From contig CAWERF010000008.1 of the NCBI GenBank assembly GCA_963811535.1, positions 35,703-99,702 of the forward strand: a stretch of DNA of 64,000 bases, given 5' to 3'. Below the pieces are notes generated by a model, which ran no database searches, was not told the DNA's origin, and was given only the letters and a program-made list of their open reading frames with translations. The position numbers were made by a program, and so were the translations under genes. Below are positions 21,871 through 34,510 of the stretch, piece after piece (positions within the stretch are counted from its first letter, which is position 1; every line of letters begins with the position of its first letter). The stretch comes from an uncultured Actinomycetota bacterium. GTDB lineage: Bacteria > Actinomycetota > Actinomycetes > Mycobacteriales > Mycobacteriaceae.

Positions 21871-22881
21871 TCAGCTCGGCAGCCTGCGATTGATCAGCAC
21901 GGCGGCAAGGATCGACGCGGCCAGCGCGAGCGCGCCCAAGCGGATCCAGGCCTCGCTGGCGTCGCCACGAATGGTTTGGTAACCGATGTCCTGCTGCAGC
22001 GCCGCGTAGACGCTCTTCAGTTCGTCGAGGCTGCCCGCGTGGAACGCCTGACCTCCGGAGATCTCGGTGATCTTCTTCAGCGTGTCGTCGTCGACGGGAA
22101 CGGGGAGTTGTTCGCCCTGGTAGTCGATGACGCCATAGGGCGTGCCGAACGAAATCGTCGATATCGCCACGCCCTGTTCCTTGGCGGCCTGTGCCGCCGG
22201 GAACGCGCCACCCGGATCGCCCGGGTCGGACGGGACGGTCTCCTTGCCGTCGGACTCCAGCACGATTCGCGCCGGGGGCGGCCCCTCGCCGCCTCCCATC
22301 ACAGAGCCCACCGTCGCGATCGCCTGCAGTGCCGTGTTGATGCCCTCACCGGTTGCTGTGCGCGGACCGGCCTCCAGCGTGTCGATCGCGCGTTTGACCG
22401 CGTTCCGGTCTGTCGTCGGCGCCACCAGCAACGTCGCCTGCGATGCGAAGGCGACCAGCCCCAGATTGATCCCGGGCGTGAGCTCGTCGGCGAACTGCTT
22501 GCCGGCCTCCTTGGCGGCAGCCAACCGACTCGGCGCGACGTCGGTTGCCACCATCGACTCAGACACGTCGATCACCAGCATCACCACCGCGCGATTGCGC
22601 GGAACGCGCACATCATGCGTGGGACCGGCCATCGCCGTGGTCAGCAGGGCGAGTGCCGCGATGAGCAGCGCGACCGGGACGTGCCGCCAACGCCTTCTAC
22701 GGTCGGCCGGCGCCACTTGCTCCAGCAGCTCCATGTTGGCGAACCGCATCACGCGCTTGTGGCGGGCGAACTGCACCGTCACATACCCAGCCACCAGCGC
22801 CGCGACCGCGAGCAAGAACAGGAAGAACCAGCCACTGGTAAAGCCGGACAGCGAAAGCGGTCCCAGCAGCGGCAGCGTCAT
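21871..22881 (-). CDS. BatA-like membrane-anchored von Willebrand factor A domain protein, copy 2
   Basis: The ORF 21871..22929 was trimmed to the ATG at 22881 ([14 protein letters not shown]). MIDAS motif VIDVSESM and a C-terminal TM ending LINRRLPS. Colinear paralogue of copy 1, convergent with it. Confidence 0.8.
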   Translation of the reverse strand: MTLPLLGPLSLSGFTSGWFFLFLLAVAALVAGYVTVQFARHKRVMRFANMELLEQVAPADRRRRWRHVPVALLIAALALLTTAMAGPTHDVRVPRNRAVVMLVIDVSESMVATDVAPSRLAAAKEAGKQFADELTPGINLGLVAFASQATLLVAPTTDRNAVKRAIDTLEAGPRTATGEGINTALQAIATVGSVMGGGEGPPPARIVLESDGKETVPSDPGDPGGAFPAAQAAKEQGVAISTISFGTPYGVIDYQGEQLPVPVDDDTLKKITEISGGQAFHAGSLDELKSVYAALQQDIGYQTIRGDASEAWIRLGALALAASILAAVLINRRLPS

Positions 22882-22949
22882 CTGATCGGCAGTCCTCTCA
22901 ACATCGGCAAGCCTGACTGGCACCGCCATTCACCAGTACAGCCCGGGAT

Positions 22950-23627
22950 TTGTCACCAGTCAAACAGTTGTGCAATTGTTTGATGCTCTGTGAGGACAGC
23001 GGGAGGAAGGTAGGCGGTGACATCGTCGCCGTCGGATTGGAGTTCGTGTCGCGGGTGCTATTGGCGACAGGGTGTGGCGCGCTGATCGGACTGGAGCGCC
23101 AGGATCGATCACGGACGGCGGGGTTGCGCACGCACTCGCTGGTAGCAGCCCGCGCGGCAGCGTTTGTGCTCTTCGGCGAACAGGCTGGTGCACCGGCCGC
23201 ACCGTTGCAGATCACAGCGTACGTGGTCTCTGCCGTCGGTTTCCTCGGTGGTGGAGTGATTCTGCGGCAAGGGTTTTCGGTGCAAGGTCTGAACACCGCC
23301 GCGACGTTGTGGTGCTCCGCGGCAGTAGGATGCCAGGCTGCGGGCGGCCATGTATTGCCGGCGTTGGCGCTGACCGGGATCGTGTTGATCATTCACACCG
23401 TCAGCGGTGCCGCCGGCGACGGGGCCACGGTGCAGCTGCGGGTTGAGGCACTGATAGAAGGCAATGCCGGTCCGCTACTGGATGGCCTGGTCGGCCGGCT
23501 CTCGCTCGAGCCGGGCGTTCGTGAGGTCAGCTGGCAGGCGGCAGACAACGACCCGTATGGCGACGATGATCTCGATGACCAGGCGTCGAGATGGCGGTGG
23601 CTGCGTAGGCGCCGCATTCCCCAGTGA
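22950..23627 (+). CDS. mgtC: MgtC/SapB family membrane protein
   Basis: Core GCGALIGLERQ...RTAGLRTHSLV...GFLGGGVILRQG...GLNTAATLWCSAAVG followed by a soluble C-terminal domain. The start codon is uncertain. Confidence 0.75.
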   Translation: MSPVKQLCNCLMLCEDSGRKVGGDIVAVGLEFVSRVLLATGCGALIGLERQDRSRTAGLRTHSLVAARAAAFVLFGEQAGAPAAPLQITAYVVSAVGFLGGGVILRQGFSVQGLNTAATLWCSAAVGCQAAGGHVLPALALTGIVLIIHTVSGAAGDGATVQLRVEALIEGNAGPLLDGLVGRLSLEPGVREVSWQAADNDPYGDDDLDDQASRWRWLRRRRIPQ

Positions 23628-23634
23628 GCGACAC

Positions 23635-25002
23635 ATGAACCGCACGTCCGAGCTGCTGTTGCTCGGCTTTGCCACCTTTATCACGACGATGGCGTTGGTT
23701 ATTGTGACGGCAAATCAGCGGCAGCCATTCGGTACGGGCGTGCTCGTCTTCGCCGTTGCGTATCTGGCTCTGTTCGTCTGCGCGCATTTGGTGGTTCGGC
23801 GTTTCGCCCGGTCCGCCGATCCGCTGTTGCTCCCCGTCGTGGCGCTGCTCAACGGCCTGGGCCTGGTGATGATCTACCGTCTCGACCTCGCCGACGTCGG
23901 CCTGGCTGCGCGTAACGGGCATGGGCCCAGTGCGTACCAACAGATGCTTTGGACGCTGGCCGGTGTCGTCGCGTTCTGCCTTGTGGTGGTGTTCGTCCGC
24001 GACCATCGGCCGCTGGCCCGCTACGGATACGTCTGCGGTGCGGCCGGGTTGGTCTTGTTGGCGATCCCCGCCATGCTCCCGCGGTCGCTGTCGGAGCAGA
24101 ACGGCGCCAAGATCTGGATCCGATTGCACGGTTTCTCCATTGAGCCGGCGGAGATCGCCAAGATCTTGCTGCTGATCTTCGTCGCGGCGGTCCTGGTGGC
24201 GAAGCGGCAGATGTTCACCACCGCCGGCACCCATTTCTTGGGCATGAATCTCCCGCGACCCCGCGATCTCGCACCGCTGCTGGCCGCGCTGGCGATCTCG
24301 ATTGGAGTCATGGTCTTCGAAACCGACTTGGGTGCTGCGCTTTTGGTGTTCGCGTCGTTTCTGGCGATGGTCTATATCGCGACAGGAAGGATCAGCTGGG
24401 TCGGCATCGGGTTGCTGCTGTTCGCCGCTGCCAGCGTGGTGGCCTATCACCTGTTCGGCCATGTGCGGGTCCGGGTTCAAAACTGGATCGACCCGTTCGC
24501 CGACCCGGACGGTGCCGGATACCAGATGGTGCAGTCGATGTTCAGCTTCGCCACGGGCGGGGTCTTCGGCACCGGCCTGGGCAACGGTCAACCGGGCACC
24601 GTTCCCGTCGCTTCGTCGGATTTCATCATGGCGGCGTTCGGAGAGGAGCTGGGGCTCGTCGGCCTGGCCGCCGTGCTGATGCTGTACACGATCCTGATCA
24701 TGCGCGGGCTGCGCACCGCGATCGTCGTGCGTGACAGCTTCGGCAAGCTGCTGAGCGCCGGCCTGGCATGCACATTGGCGATCCAGGTGTTCCTGGTCGT
24801 CGGCGGCGTCACCAAACTCATCCCGCAGACAGGCCTCACCACTCCGTGGATGTCCTACGGCGGTTCCTCGCTTCTCGCCAACTATGTGCTGCTTGCACTT
24901 TTGGTCCGCATTTCAGACGCCGCCCGTCGACCGGTTGGCAGGCCCGCGCCCGGCCAAACCCCCATCGCCGACGCGAGCACGCAGATGATCGAGCGCCGGT
25001 AG
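23635..25002 (+). CDS. SEDS-family peptidoglycan glycosyltransferase, RodA-type (extra copy)
   Basis: The ORF 23464..25002 was trimmed to the ATG at 23635 (MNRTSELLLLGF). Long colinear resemblance to mycobacterial RodA as I recall it (DPLLLPVVALLNGLGLVMIYRLDL, SEQNGAKIWIRL, FGEELGLVGL, TGLTTPWMSYGGSSLLANY). Starts 7 nt after mgtC. Confidence 0.85.
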   Translation: MNRTSELLLLGFATFITTMALVIVTANQRQPFGTGVLVFAVAYLALFVCAHLVVRRFARSADPLLLPVVALLNGLGLVMIYRLDLADVGLAARNGHGPSAYQQMLWTLAGVVAFCLVVVFVRDHRPLARYGYVCGAAGLVLLAIPAMLPRSLSEQNGAKIWIRLHGFSIEPAEIAKILLLIFVAAVLVAKRQMFTTAGTHFLGMNLPRPRDLAPLLAALAISIGVMVFETDLGAALLVFASFLAMVYIATGRISWVGIGLLLFAAASVVAYHLFGHVRVRVQNWIDPFADPDGAGYQMVQSMFSFATGGVFGTGLGNGQPGTVPVASSDFIMAAFGEELGLVGLAAVLMLYTILIMRGLRTAIVVRDSFGKLLSAGLACTLAIQVFLVVGGVTKLIPQTGLTTPWMSYGGSSLLANYVLLALLVRISDAARRPVGRPAPGQTPIADASTQMIERR

Positions 25003-25032
25003 CGCCAGGATCGAAGCGGTTAGGCTGCTGCG

Positions 25033-25671
25033 GTGCACGGCCTGCTGATGGCGATCGAGGGCGTCGACGGCGCCGGCAAACGCACGCTGTGTCAAGGCCT
25101 GCGTACCGCATTCGAGGCCCACGGCAAATCGGTGGCCGCGCTGTCCTTCCCGCGTTACGGGCATTCGGTGGCCGCCGACCTGGCCGCTGAGGCGTTGCAC
25201 GGCGAGCATGGCGACCTGGCGTCGTCGGTGTACGCGATGGCGGTGCTGTTCGCGCTCGACCGTGCCGGCGCGCGCGACGAGATGAATCACCTCCTGTTGG
25301 CTTACGACGTGCTGATCCTCGACCGGTACGTCGCATCGAACGCCGCCTACAGCGCCGCGCGGCTCAACCAGGACGCCTCGGGTGAGGTCGTCGAGTGGGT
25401 GCGCCACCTCGAATACGACCGGCTGCGATTGCCGCCGCCGGACCGGCAGGTGCTGCTCGACGTTCCCGCGGACCTGGCTGCCGACCGGGCCCGTCACCGC
25501 GAGGACACCGAATCCGCCCGCGCCCGTGACGCCTACGAGCGCGACGACGATCTGCAGCGACGCACAGGGCAGGTGTACGTGGGGTTGGCCGCCGCGGACT
25601 TCGGTGGACCGTGGCGAGTGGTCGGTGCGGACGTCGACGCGGCGGCGCTCGCGGGGTCGTTAGCCCGCTAG
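25033..25671 (+). CDS. tmk: thymidylate kinase
   Basis: P-loop IEGVDGAGKRT, and DRYVASNAAYSAARL as in mycobacterial Tmk. The start could instead be the ATG at 25048. Confidence 0.9.
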   Translation: MHGLLMAIEGVDGAGKRTLCQGLRTAFEAHGKSVAALSFPRYGHSVAADLAAEALHGEHGDLASSVYAMAVLFALDRAGARDEMNHLLLAYDVLILDRYVASNAAYSAARLNQDASGEVVEWVRHLEYDRLRLPPPDRQVLLDVPADLAADRARHREDTESARARDAYERDDDLQRRTGQVYVGLAAADFGGPWRVVGADVDAAALAGSLAR

Positions 25672-25733
25672 CCGCTCAAGAAGCCGCAACTCGCCCGTGT
25701 GGTAGCTCAGTTTTGTCGCGATCTGGTGACACC

Positions 25734-26420
25734 ATGGACACCATGAGGCAAAGGATTCTGGTCGTAGACGACGACGCGTCGCTGGCCGAGATGCTCACCA
25801 TCGTGCTGCGCGGGGAAGGCTTTGACACCGCGGTCATCGGCGACGGCACGCAAGCACTCACCGCGGTCCGCGAGCTGCGCCCGGATCTGGTGCTGCTGGA
25901 CTTGATGCTGCCCGGCATGAACGGCATCGACGTGTGCCGCGTGCTGCGTGCCGACTCCGGGGTGCCGATCGTGATGCTCACCGCGAAGACGGACACCGTC
26001 GACGTCGTCTTGGGCTTGGAGTCGGGCGCCGACGACTACGTGATGAAGCCGTTCAAGCCGAAAGAGCTGGTCGCCCGGGTCCGAGCCCGGCTGCGACGCA
26101 ACGAGGACGAACCCGCCGAGATGCTGTCGATCCACGATGTCGACATCGACGTGCCGGCCCACAAGGTCACCCGCCAGGGCGAGCAGATCTCGCTGACGCC
26201 GCTGGAATTCGACCTGCTGGTGGCGTTGGCGCGCAAACCACGCCAGGTGTTTACTCGTGATGTGCTGCTCGAACAGGTGTGGGGGTACCGGCACCCCGCC
26301 GACACCCGTTTGGTGAACGTGCATGTCCAGCGGCTGCGGGCCAAGGTTGAGAAAGACCCGGAGAACCCGCAGGTGGTGTTGACTGTTCGAGGAGTGGGAT
26401 ACAAGGCCGGACCTCCGTGA
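25734..26420 (+). CDS. mtrA: OmpR-family response regulator MtrA
   Basis: The ORF 25611..26420 was trimmed to the ATG at 25734 ([30 protein letters not shown]). Receiver Asp in [10 protein letters not shown]. Winged-helix C-terminus. Confidence 0.95.
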   Translation: MDTMRQRILVVDDDASLAEMLTIVLRGEGFDTAVIGDGTQALTAVRELRPDLVLLDLMLPGMNGIDVCRVLRADSGVPIVMLTAKTDTVDVVLGLESGADDYVMKPFKPKELVARVRARLRRNEDEPAEMLSIHDVDIDVPAHKVTRQGEQISLTPLEFDLLVALARKPRQVFTRDVLLEQVWGYRHPADTRLVNVHVQRLRAKVEKDPENPQVVLTVRGVGYKAGPP

Positions 26421-28069
26421 TCTGGGGCTCGAGGCGGCGCATTCACCGGCGTTCTGCTCCTCTGCTGCGCGGGATGAGTGCGTTGAGTCGAGCCATGGGT
26501 CTCCTCTGGCGCCGTTCGCTGCAGTTGCGCGTGGTGGCCCTGACACTGGGGCTGTCGCTGGTCGTGATCATGGTTCTCGGCTTCGTGCTGACCAGTCAGA
26601 TCACCGACCGGGTGCTCGAGGCCAAAGTCCGTGCCGCCACCGAGGAAATCGAGCGGGCCCGCACCACGGTCAGCGGCATCATCGGCGGTGAGGAGACCCG
26701 CTCGCTCGACAGCAGCCTGCAGCTGGCCCGCAACACACTGACCGACCGCAAGACCGACCCGACCGCCGGGGGCGGGCTGGCCGGCACATTCGACGCGGTG
26801 CTCGTGGTGCCCGGTGACGGTCCGCGCGCGGCGACGTCGGCGGGCCCGGTGGAGCAGATCCCGGGATCGTTGCGCGACTTCGTCAAGGCCGGCCAGGTCA
26901 GCTATCAATACGCCACCGTCCACGCCGACGGATTTTCCGGCCCGGCGTTGATCATCGGCAGCCCGACGACCGGGCCTGTCCCCGCCCAGCTGTACCTGAT
27001 CTTCCCGCTCAACAGCGAGGAGAGCACGATCACGCTGGTTCGCGGCACGATGCTGACCGGCGGTGTGGTGCTGCTCGGCCTGCTCGCTGCGATCGCCCTA
27101 CTGGTGGCGCGGCAGATCGTGCTGCCGGTGCGATCGGCGTCGCGGATCGCCGAGCGGTTCGCCGAAGGACACCTGACCGAGCGGATGCCGGTGCGCGGCG
27201 AGGATGACATGGCCCGGCTGGCGGTGTCGTTCAACGACATGGCCGAAAGCCTGTCGCGGCAGATCACTCAGCTGGAAGAGTTCGGCAATCTGCAGCGTCG
27301 TTTCACCTCCGACGTCAGCCACGAGCTGCGCACACCGTTAACCACGGTGCGGATGGCCGCAGACCTGATCTACGACCACAGCGAGGATCTCGACCCGGCG
27401 CTGCGCCGCTCCACGGAGCTGATGGTCAACGAGTTGGACCGCTTCGAGGCGCTGCTCAACGACCTGCTCGAGATCTCGCGGCACGACGCCGGTGTGGCGG
27501 AGCTGTCCGTCGAGTCGGTGGACCTGCGGACCACCGTCCGCAGCGCCCTGGACAACGTGGGTCACCTCGCCGACGACGCCGGCATCAAGCTGAAGGTCGA
27601 CCTGCCCGATGAGGAAGTGATCGCCGAGGTCGACGCGCGTCGTGTCGAGCGGATCCTGCGCAACCTGATCGCCAATGCGATCGACCATGCCGAGCACAAG
27701 CCGGTCCAGATCAAGATGGCCTACGACGTCGACAGCGTCGCGGTCACGGTCCGTGACCACGGAGTCGGCCTGCGCCCGGGCGAGGAGAAGCTGGTGTTCA
27801 GCCGGTTCTGGCGGTCCGACCCGTCGCGGGTGCGGCGCTCTGGCGGCACGGGACTGGGCCTGGCCATCAGCATCGAGGACGCGCGACTGCACCAGGGCCG
27901 GCTGGAGGCGTGGGGTGAACCTGGCAAGGGCGCCTGCTTCCGGCTGACGCTGCCCCTGGTCCGCGGCCACAAGGTCACCACGAGCCCGCTGCCGTTGAAG
28001 CCCGTCGCGCCGGAGCGCAAGGATCGGCGGTCGGTCCGCCAGCGGGAGCCGGCCGGGGAGAGCGTATGA
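26417..28069 (+). CDS. mtrB: sensor histidine kinase MtrB
   Basis: 550 aa. GTG start overlaps the mtrA stop. Two TM helices, a HAMP domain, the H-box [14 protein letters not shown], and the HATPase G-boxes GTGLGLAI. Confidence 0.95.
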   Translation: MIWGSRRRIHRRSAPLLRGMSALSRAMGLLWRRSLQLRVVALTLGLSLVVIMVLGFVLTSQITDRVLEAKVRAATEEIERARTTVSGIIGGEETRSLDSSLQLARNTLTDRKTDPTAGGGLAGTFDAVLVVPGDGPRAATSAGPVEQIPGSLRDFVKAGQVSYQYATVHADGFSGPALIIGSPTTGPVPAQLYLIFPLNSEESTITLVRGTMLTGGVVLLGLLAAIALLVARQIVLPVRSASRIAERFAEGHLTERMPVRGEDDMARLAVSFNDMAESLSRQITQLEEFGNLQRRFTSDVSHELRTPLTTVRMAADLIYDHSEDLDPALRRSTELMVNELDRFEALLNDLLEISRHDAGVAELSVESVDLRTTVRSALDNVGHLADDAGIKLKVDLPDEEVIAEVDARRVERILRNLIANAIDHAEHKPVQIKMAYDVDSVAVTVRDHGVGLRPGEEKLVFSRFWRSDPSRVRRSGGTGLGLAISIEDARLHQGRLEAWGEPGKGACFRLTLPLVRGHKVTTSPLPLKPVAPERKDRRSVRQREPAGESV

Positions 28070-29832
28070 GACGCATCGCGGCGTTGCTGACCGCGGTGCT
28101 GATGGTTGTGTTGCCGACCGGCTGCGCCGGGGTGCCGACATCGTCGGCGCCGCAGGCGATCGGGACCGTCGAACGTCCGCCCGCACCCAGCCTGCCGGAG
28201 CCCTCGCCGGGCATGGATCCCGACGTGCTGCTGCGTGAATTCCTCAAGGCGACAGCCGATCCCGCGAATCGGCATCTCGCCGCCAGGCAGTTTCTCACTG
28301 AGCCGGCGTCGCGCGGCTGGGACGACGCGGGCAGCGCGTTGTTGATCGACAACGTGGTGTTCGTCGAAACACGAACCGCTGTTCGGGTTTCGGTGACCAT
28401 GCGCGCCGACATCCTGGGCTCGCTGTCCGACATGGGTGTGTTCGAAACCGCCGCAGGCGCGCTGCCCGATCCCGGCCCGATAGAGCTCGTGAAAACGCCC
28501 GGAGGATGGCGCATCGACAAGCTGCCCAACGGAGTCTTCCTGGACTGGCAACAGTTTCAGGAGACCTACAAGCGGCACAACCTCTACTTCGCCGACCCGA
28601 CCGGCAAGACCGTCGTCCCCGATCCCCGCTACGTTGCGGTGTCCGACCCCGACCAGCTGCCCACCGAACTGGTCAGCAAGCTGATCGCCGGCCCGCGCCC
28701 GGAGCTGGCCAACTCGGTGCGCAACATGCTTGGGCCACCGCTGCGGCTGCGGGGGCCGGTCACCCGTGCCGACGGCGGCAAGACAGGCATCGGCCGGGGC
28801 TATGGCGGCGCCCGCGTCGATCTGGAGAACCTGACGACCACCGATCCGCACAGTCGGCAACTGCTTGCGGCGCAAATTATTTGGACGTTCGCCCGGGCCG
28901 GCATCACGGGCCCGTACGTGATCAACGCCGACGGGGCGGCGCTGGATGACCGGTTCGCCGACGGGTGGGAAGCCCACGACGTCGCGGCCACCGACCCGGG
29001 CGCGGCCGATGGCGCCGCGGCGGGCGTGCACGCGCTGGTCGGTGGGTCACTGGTGTCGGTCGACGGGCAGAACGCGCCGCGGGTTCCCGGCTCGTTCGGG
29101 CAGATGCCCAACCAGCAGTCGGCGGCGCTGTCGCGCAGCGGGCGCGACGTGGCCTCGGTGGTCACGCTGCGCGGCGGGCAGCCCGATGCCGCGTCGTCGC
29201 TGTGGGTCGGGCCCAACGGCGGTGACGCGGTGGAGGCGACTGACGGGCATACGATTTCGCGGCCGTCGTGGGCTCTGGACGACGCGGTGTGGGTCGTAGT
29301 GGACGGAATCAACGTCGTGCGGGTGATCCAGGAAGCGGCGTCGGGCCAGCCCGCGCGGCTACCGGTCGACGCGACCGCGGTGGCGACAAAGTTTCCGGGC
29401 CCGATCACCGAGCTTCAGTTGTCCCGCGACGGCGCCGAGGCGGCGATGGTGATCGGCGGCCAGGTGGTCCTCGCGACCGCCGAGCAGACCCCGGGCGGCG
29501 AATATGCGCTGACATATCCGCGGCGGCTGGGTTACGGGCTGGGCAACTCGGCCGTCTCGCTGTCGTGGCGCACCGGCGACGACATCGTCGTCAGCCGCAA
29601 CGACCCGCGGCACCCCGTGTCGTACGTCAACCTGGACGGGGTCAACTCCGACGGGCCGAGCGGCAACCTGGCGGTGCCGGTCGGAACCGTGGCGGCCAAC
29701 CCGTCGACCGTCTATGTCGCCGACCAGCGCGGCGTCATGCAACTGTCGGGCACGGGAGCCGAAGAGAACCAGACGTGGATCGGCGTTCCGCCGCTGATGG
29801 TGGCCGGTGCGGTGCCCGTGCTGTCGGGGTGA
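28066..29832 (+). CDS. lpqB: lipoprotein LpqB (MtrB-associated)
   Basis: 588 aa. ATG overlaps the mtrB stop. Lipobox LPTGCAG. Third gene of the mtrAB-lpqB operon. Confidence 0.9.
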   Translation: MRRIAALLTAVLMVVLPTGCAGVPTSSAPQAIGTVERPPAPSLPEPSPGMDPDVLLREFLKATADPANRHLAARQFLTEPASRGWDDAGSALLIDNVVFVETRTAVRVSVTMRADILGSLSDMGVFETAAGALPDPGPIELVKTPGGWRIDKLPNGVFLDWQQFQETYKRHNLYFADPTGKTVVPDPRYVAVSDPDQLPTELVSKLIAGPRPELANSVRNMLGPPLRLRGPVTRADGGKTGIGRGYGGARVDLENLTTTDPHSRQLLAAQIIWTFARAGITGPYVINADGAALDDRFADGWEAHDVAATDPGAADGAAAGVHALVGGSLVSVDGQNAPRVPGSFGQMPNQQSAALSRSGRDVASVVTLRGGQPDAASSLWVGPNGGDAVEATDGHTISRPSWALDDAVWVVVDGINVVRVIQEAASGQPARLPVDATAVATKFPGPITELQLSRDGAEAAMVIGGQVVLATAEQTPGGEYALTYPRRLGYGLGNSAVSLSWRTGDDIVVSRNDPRHPVSYVNLDGVNSDGPSGNLAVPVGTVAANPSTVYVADQRGVMQLSGTGAEENQTWIGVPPLMVAGAVPVLSG

Positions 29833-30117
29833 CGTCGAAGGCAATTACCGCGGCATCAAACCGTCGTGAAGAACTGGCAACAGGTCTGCCAAATAGGTGG
29901 CACGCAGTGGTGAACACGGACTACCGTCGGGGCCAAGAACCCGTGAACACTTCACGGCGGCGGCCCACTCTTTGATGGGGCGCTTACCGCCTCGCAGCGA
30001 CAGGAGGTGAGCCTTCGACATCTGGCCCCGGGGGAGCAGGTTGTCCAAATAACCAGCAGCCCGCAGCCCGGCGGCGCATCCCGGCAAACCGACTCCGCAG
30101 AGAAACGAGTTGTCTAC

Positions 30118-30804
30118 ATGTCAAGCCGATCCGTGGACTCCGACCAGGTTCTCGCCGACGCCGGCGAGGAGGTCGAACCGATGCCGAAAGCCGAGGTCGT
30201 GGTCAAGGGCCGCAACGTCGAGATTCCCGACCACTACCGCGTCTACGTTTCGCAGAAGCTCGCCCGCCTCGAGCGGTTCGACCGGACGATCTACCTGTTC
30301 GACGTCGAGCTCGAGCACGAACGCAACCGTCGCCAGCGCAAGAACTGTCAGCACGTGGAGATCACCGCGCGCGGCCGCGGCCCGGTGGTTCGCGGCGAGG
30401 CCTGCGCCGACAGCTTCTATGCGGCGTTCGAATCCGCGACATGCAAACTCGAGAGCCGGCTGAGGCGCAGCAAGGACCGGCGCAAGGTCCACTATGGCGA
30501 CAAGACGCCGGTCTCGCTGGCCGAGGCCACGGCCACCGCATCGGCGGCCGACGCGGCCGAAGCGTTCAAGGTCGACCGGAACCCGCAGCCGCCCGTAGAC
30601 GGCGCGACGGTCGAGGAACACGAGCCGGGCCGAATCGTGCGGACCAAGGAGCACCCTGCCAAGCCGATGACGGTCGACGACGCCCTCTACGAGATGGAGC
30701 TGGTCGGCCACGACTTCTTCCTGTTCCACGACAAGGACAGCGACAAGGCCTGCGTGGTCTACCGACGGCACGCCTACGACTACGGTTTAATCCGGCTCTC
30801 CTGA
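30118..30804 (+). CDS. hpf: long-form ribosome hibernation promoting factor (S30AE family, Rv3241c-like)
   Basis: The ORF 30007..30804 was trimmed to the ATG at 30118. N-terminal domain VVVKGRNVEIPDHYRVYVSQKLARLERF. C-terminal dimerisation domain PMTVDDALYEMELVGHDFFLFHD. Confidence 0.85.
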   Translation: MSSRSVDSDQVLADAGEEVEPMPKAEVVVKGRNVEIPDHYRVYVSQKLARLERFDRTIYLFDVELEHERNRRQRKNCQHVEITARGRGPVVRGEACADSFYAAFESATCKLESRLRRSKDRRKVHYGDKTPVSLAEATATASAADAAEAFKVDRNPQPPVDGATVEEHEPGRIVRTKEHPAKPMTVDDALYEMELVGHDFFLFHDKDSDKACVVYRRHAYDYGLIRLS

Positions 30805-30835
30805 GCCGGGTGGTTTAATCGGGCTCTCCTGAGCC
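30784..30835. repeat. 28-bp-period tandem duplication covering the hpf stop codon
   Basis: ggtttaatccggctctcctgagcc (30784-30807) recurs as ggtttaatcgggctctcctgagcc (30812-30835), 23/24 identical. Each copy carries the last six hpf codons plus TGA. Confidence 0.85.
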
Positions 30836-30933
30836 GCGCCGACGGGCGCATGGCCGGTGAGTTCAGCCGGCCAGGTCGGCCGGTCACCTAGGATGGTGGC
30901 CACCGACGATTTCAATCAACAGGGGATATTGCC

Positions 30934-33806
<2,873 letters not shown>

Positions 33807-33810
<4 letters not shown>

Positions 33811-34280
33811 CCGCCCGGCTCGAGCAACTGCGCGATGCGCTCCAGCGTCGCGCGCATGCCGTCCTGGGCCTGCTTGGGCACCGAGCCCATCTTGAGCAGC
33901 GGTCGCTGCCGGTCCCGTGACACATCCCAGGTCTCGCGGACCAGTGTGCCGCCAGGGTCGGCGGGCGTCAGCTCGTAGCGCCAGACCCGGCCGCCCAGCA
34001 AACCGCGTAAAGCCGTGGGCTGCCAGGCGATGCGGCTGTCCTTTTCGAATTCGACGACCTCGTTGTGCATCGTGTAGGGCAGAAAGAAGGTTTCGGGTCG
34101 GCCGTGCATCCTCATGGAGAACACCGACCCCAGCGACAGCGGAATCGACTCGGCGGTGGTGTGGTCCACCGTCCCGGATCCGTCGATCGTGGCGTGCTTC
34201 CCGGCGTCGGCCAGCAGTGCGAAGATCTCGTCGGCCGGTGCATTGATCACGCGTTCGACGCTGACAGTGTTGCCTTCCAC
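33807..34280 (-). CDS. SRPBCC (polyketide cyclase/dehydrase-like) family protein
   Basis: 157 aa beginning [18 protein letters not shown], typical of the family. Its stop overlaps the secA1 stop (CTAG). Confidence 0.7.
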
Positions 34281-34488
34281 GGCTCACAGGCTAGCCAATC
34301 TCGAGCGCCATGCGGTGCCATCTTCGGTGATCCCGTACTGTGCGGCGCGCGACCCGACCGGCGATCGCGTGCATTCACCCGCCGCGGGTGATCCCACACC
34401 CCGACGGCGATACGACCCGAGATGTGCCAACGCCTCGATCTGCCGCTACGGTGGCGGATGCGTTGAGCGAGGGGAAGGTTGCGCCGCG

Positions 34489-34510
34489 ATGGTGACTAGA
34501 TGGTGACTAG
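34489..34510. repeat. 11-bp tandem duplication (atggtgactag x2) containing the WS/DGAT start codon
   Basis: Copy 1 spans 34489-34499 and copy 2 spans 34500-34510. The first ATG opens a 5-codon ORF (MVTRW*) that ends at 34506, overlapping the real ATG at 34500. Confidence 0.85.

Noticed and set aside
22882-22990. Looked for an M-box (Mg2+) riboswitch upstream of mgtC.
   Set aside because: The divergent spacer is only about 70-110 nt, too short for the ~170-nt M-box, and no matching conserved stretches were seen.
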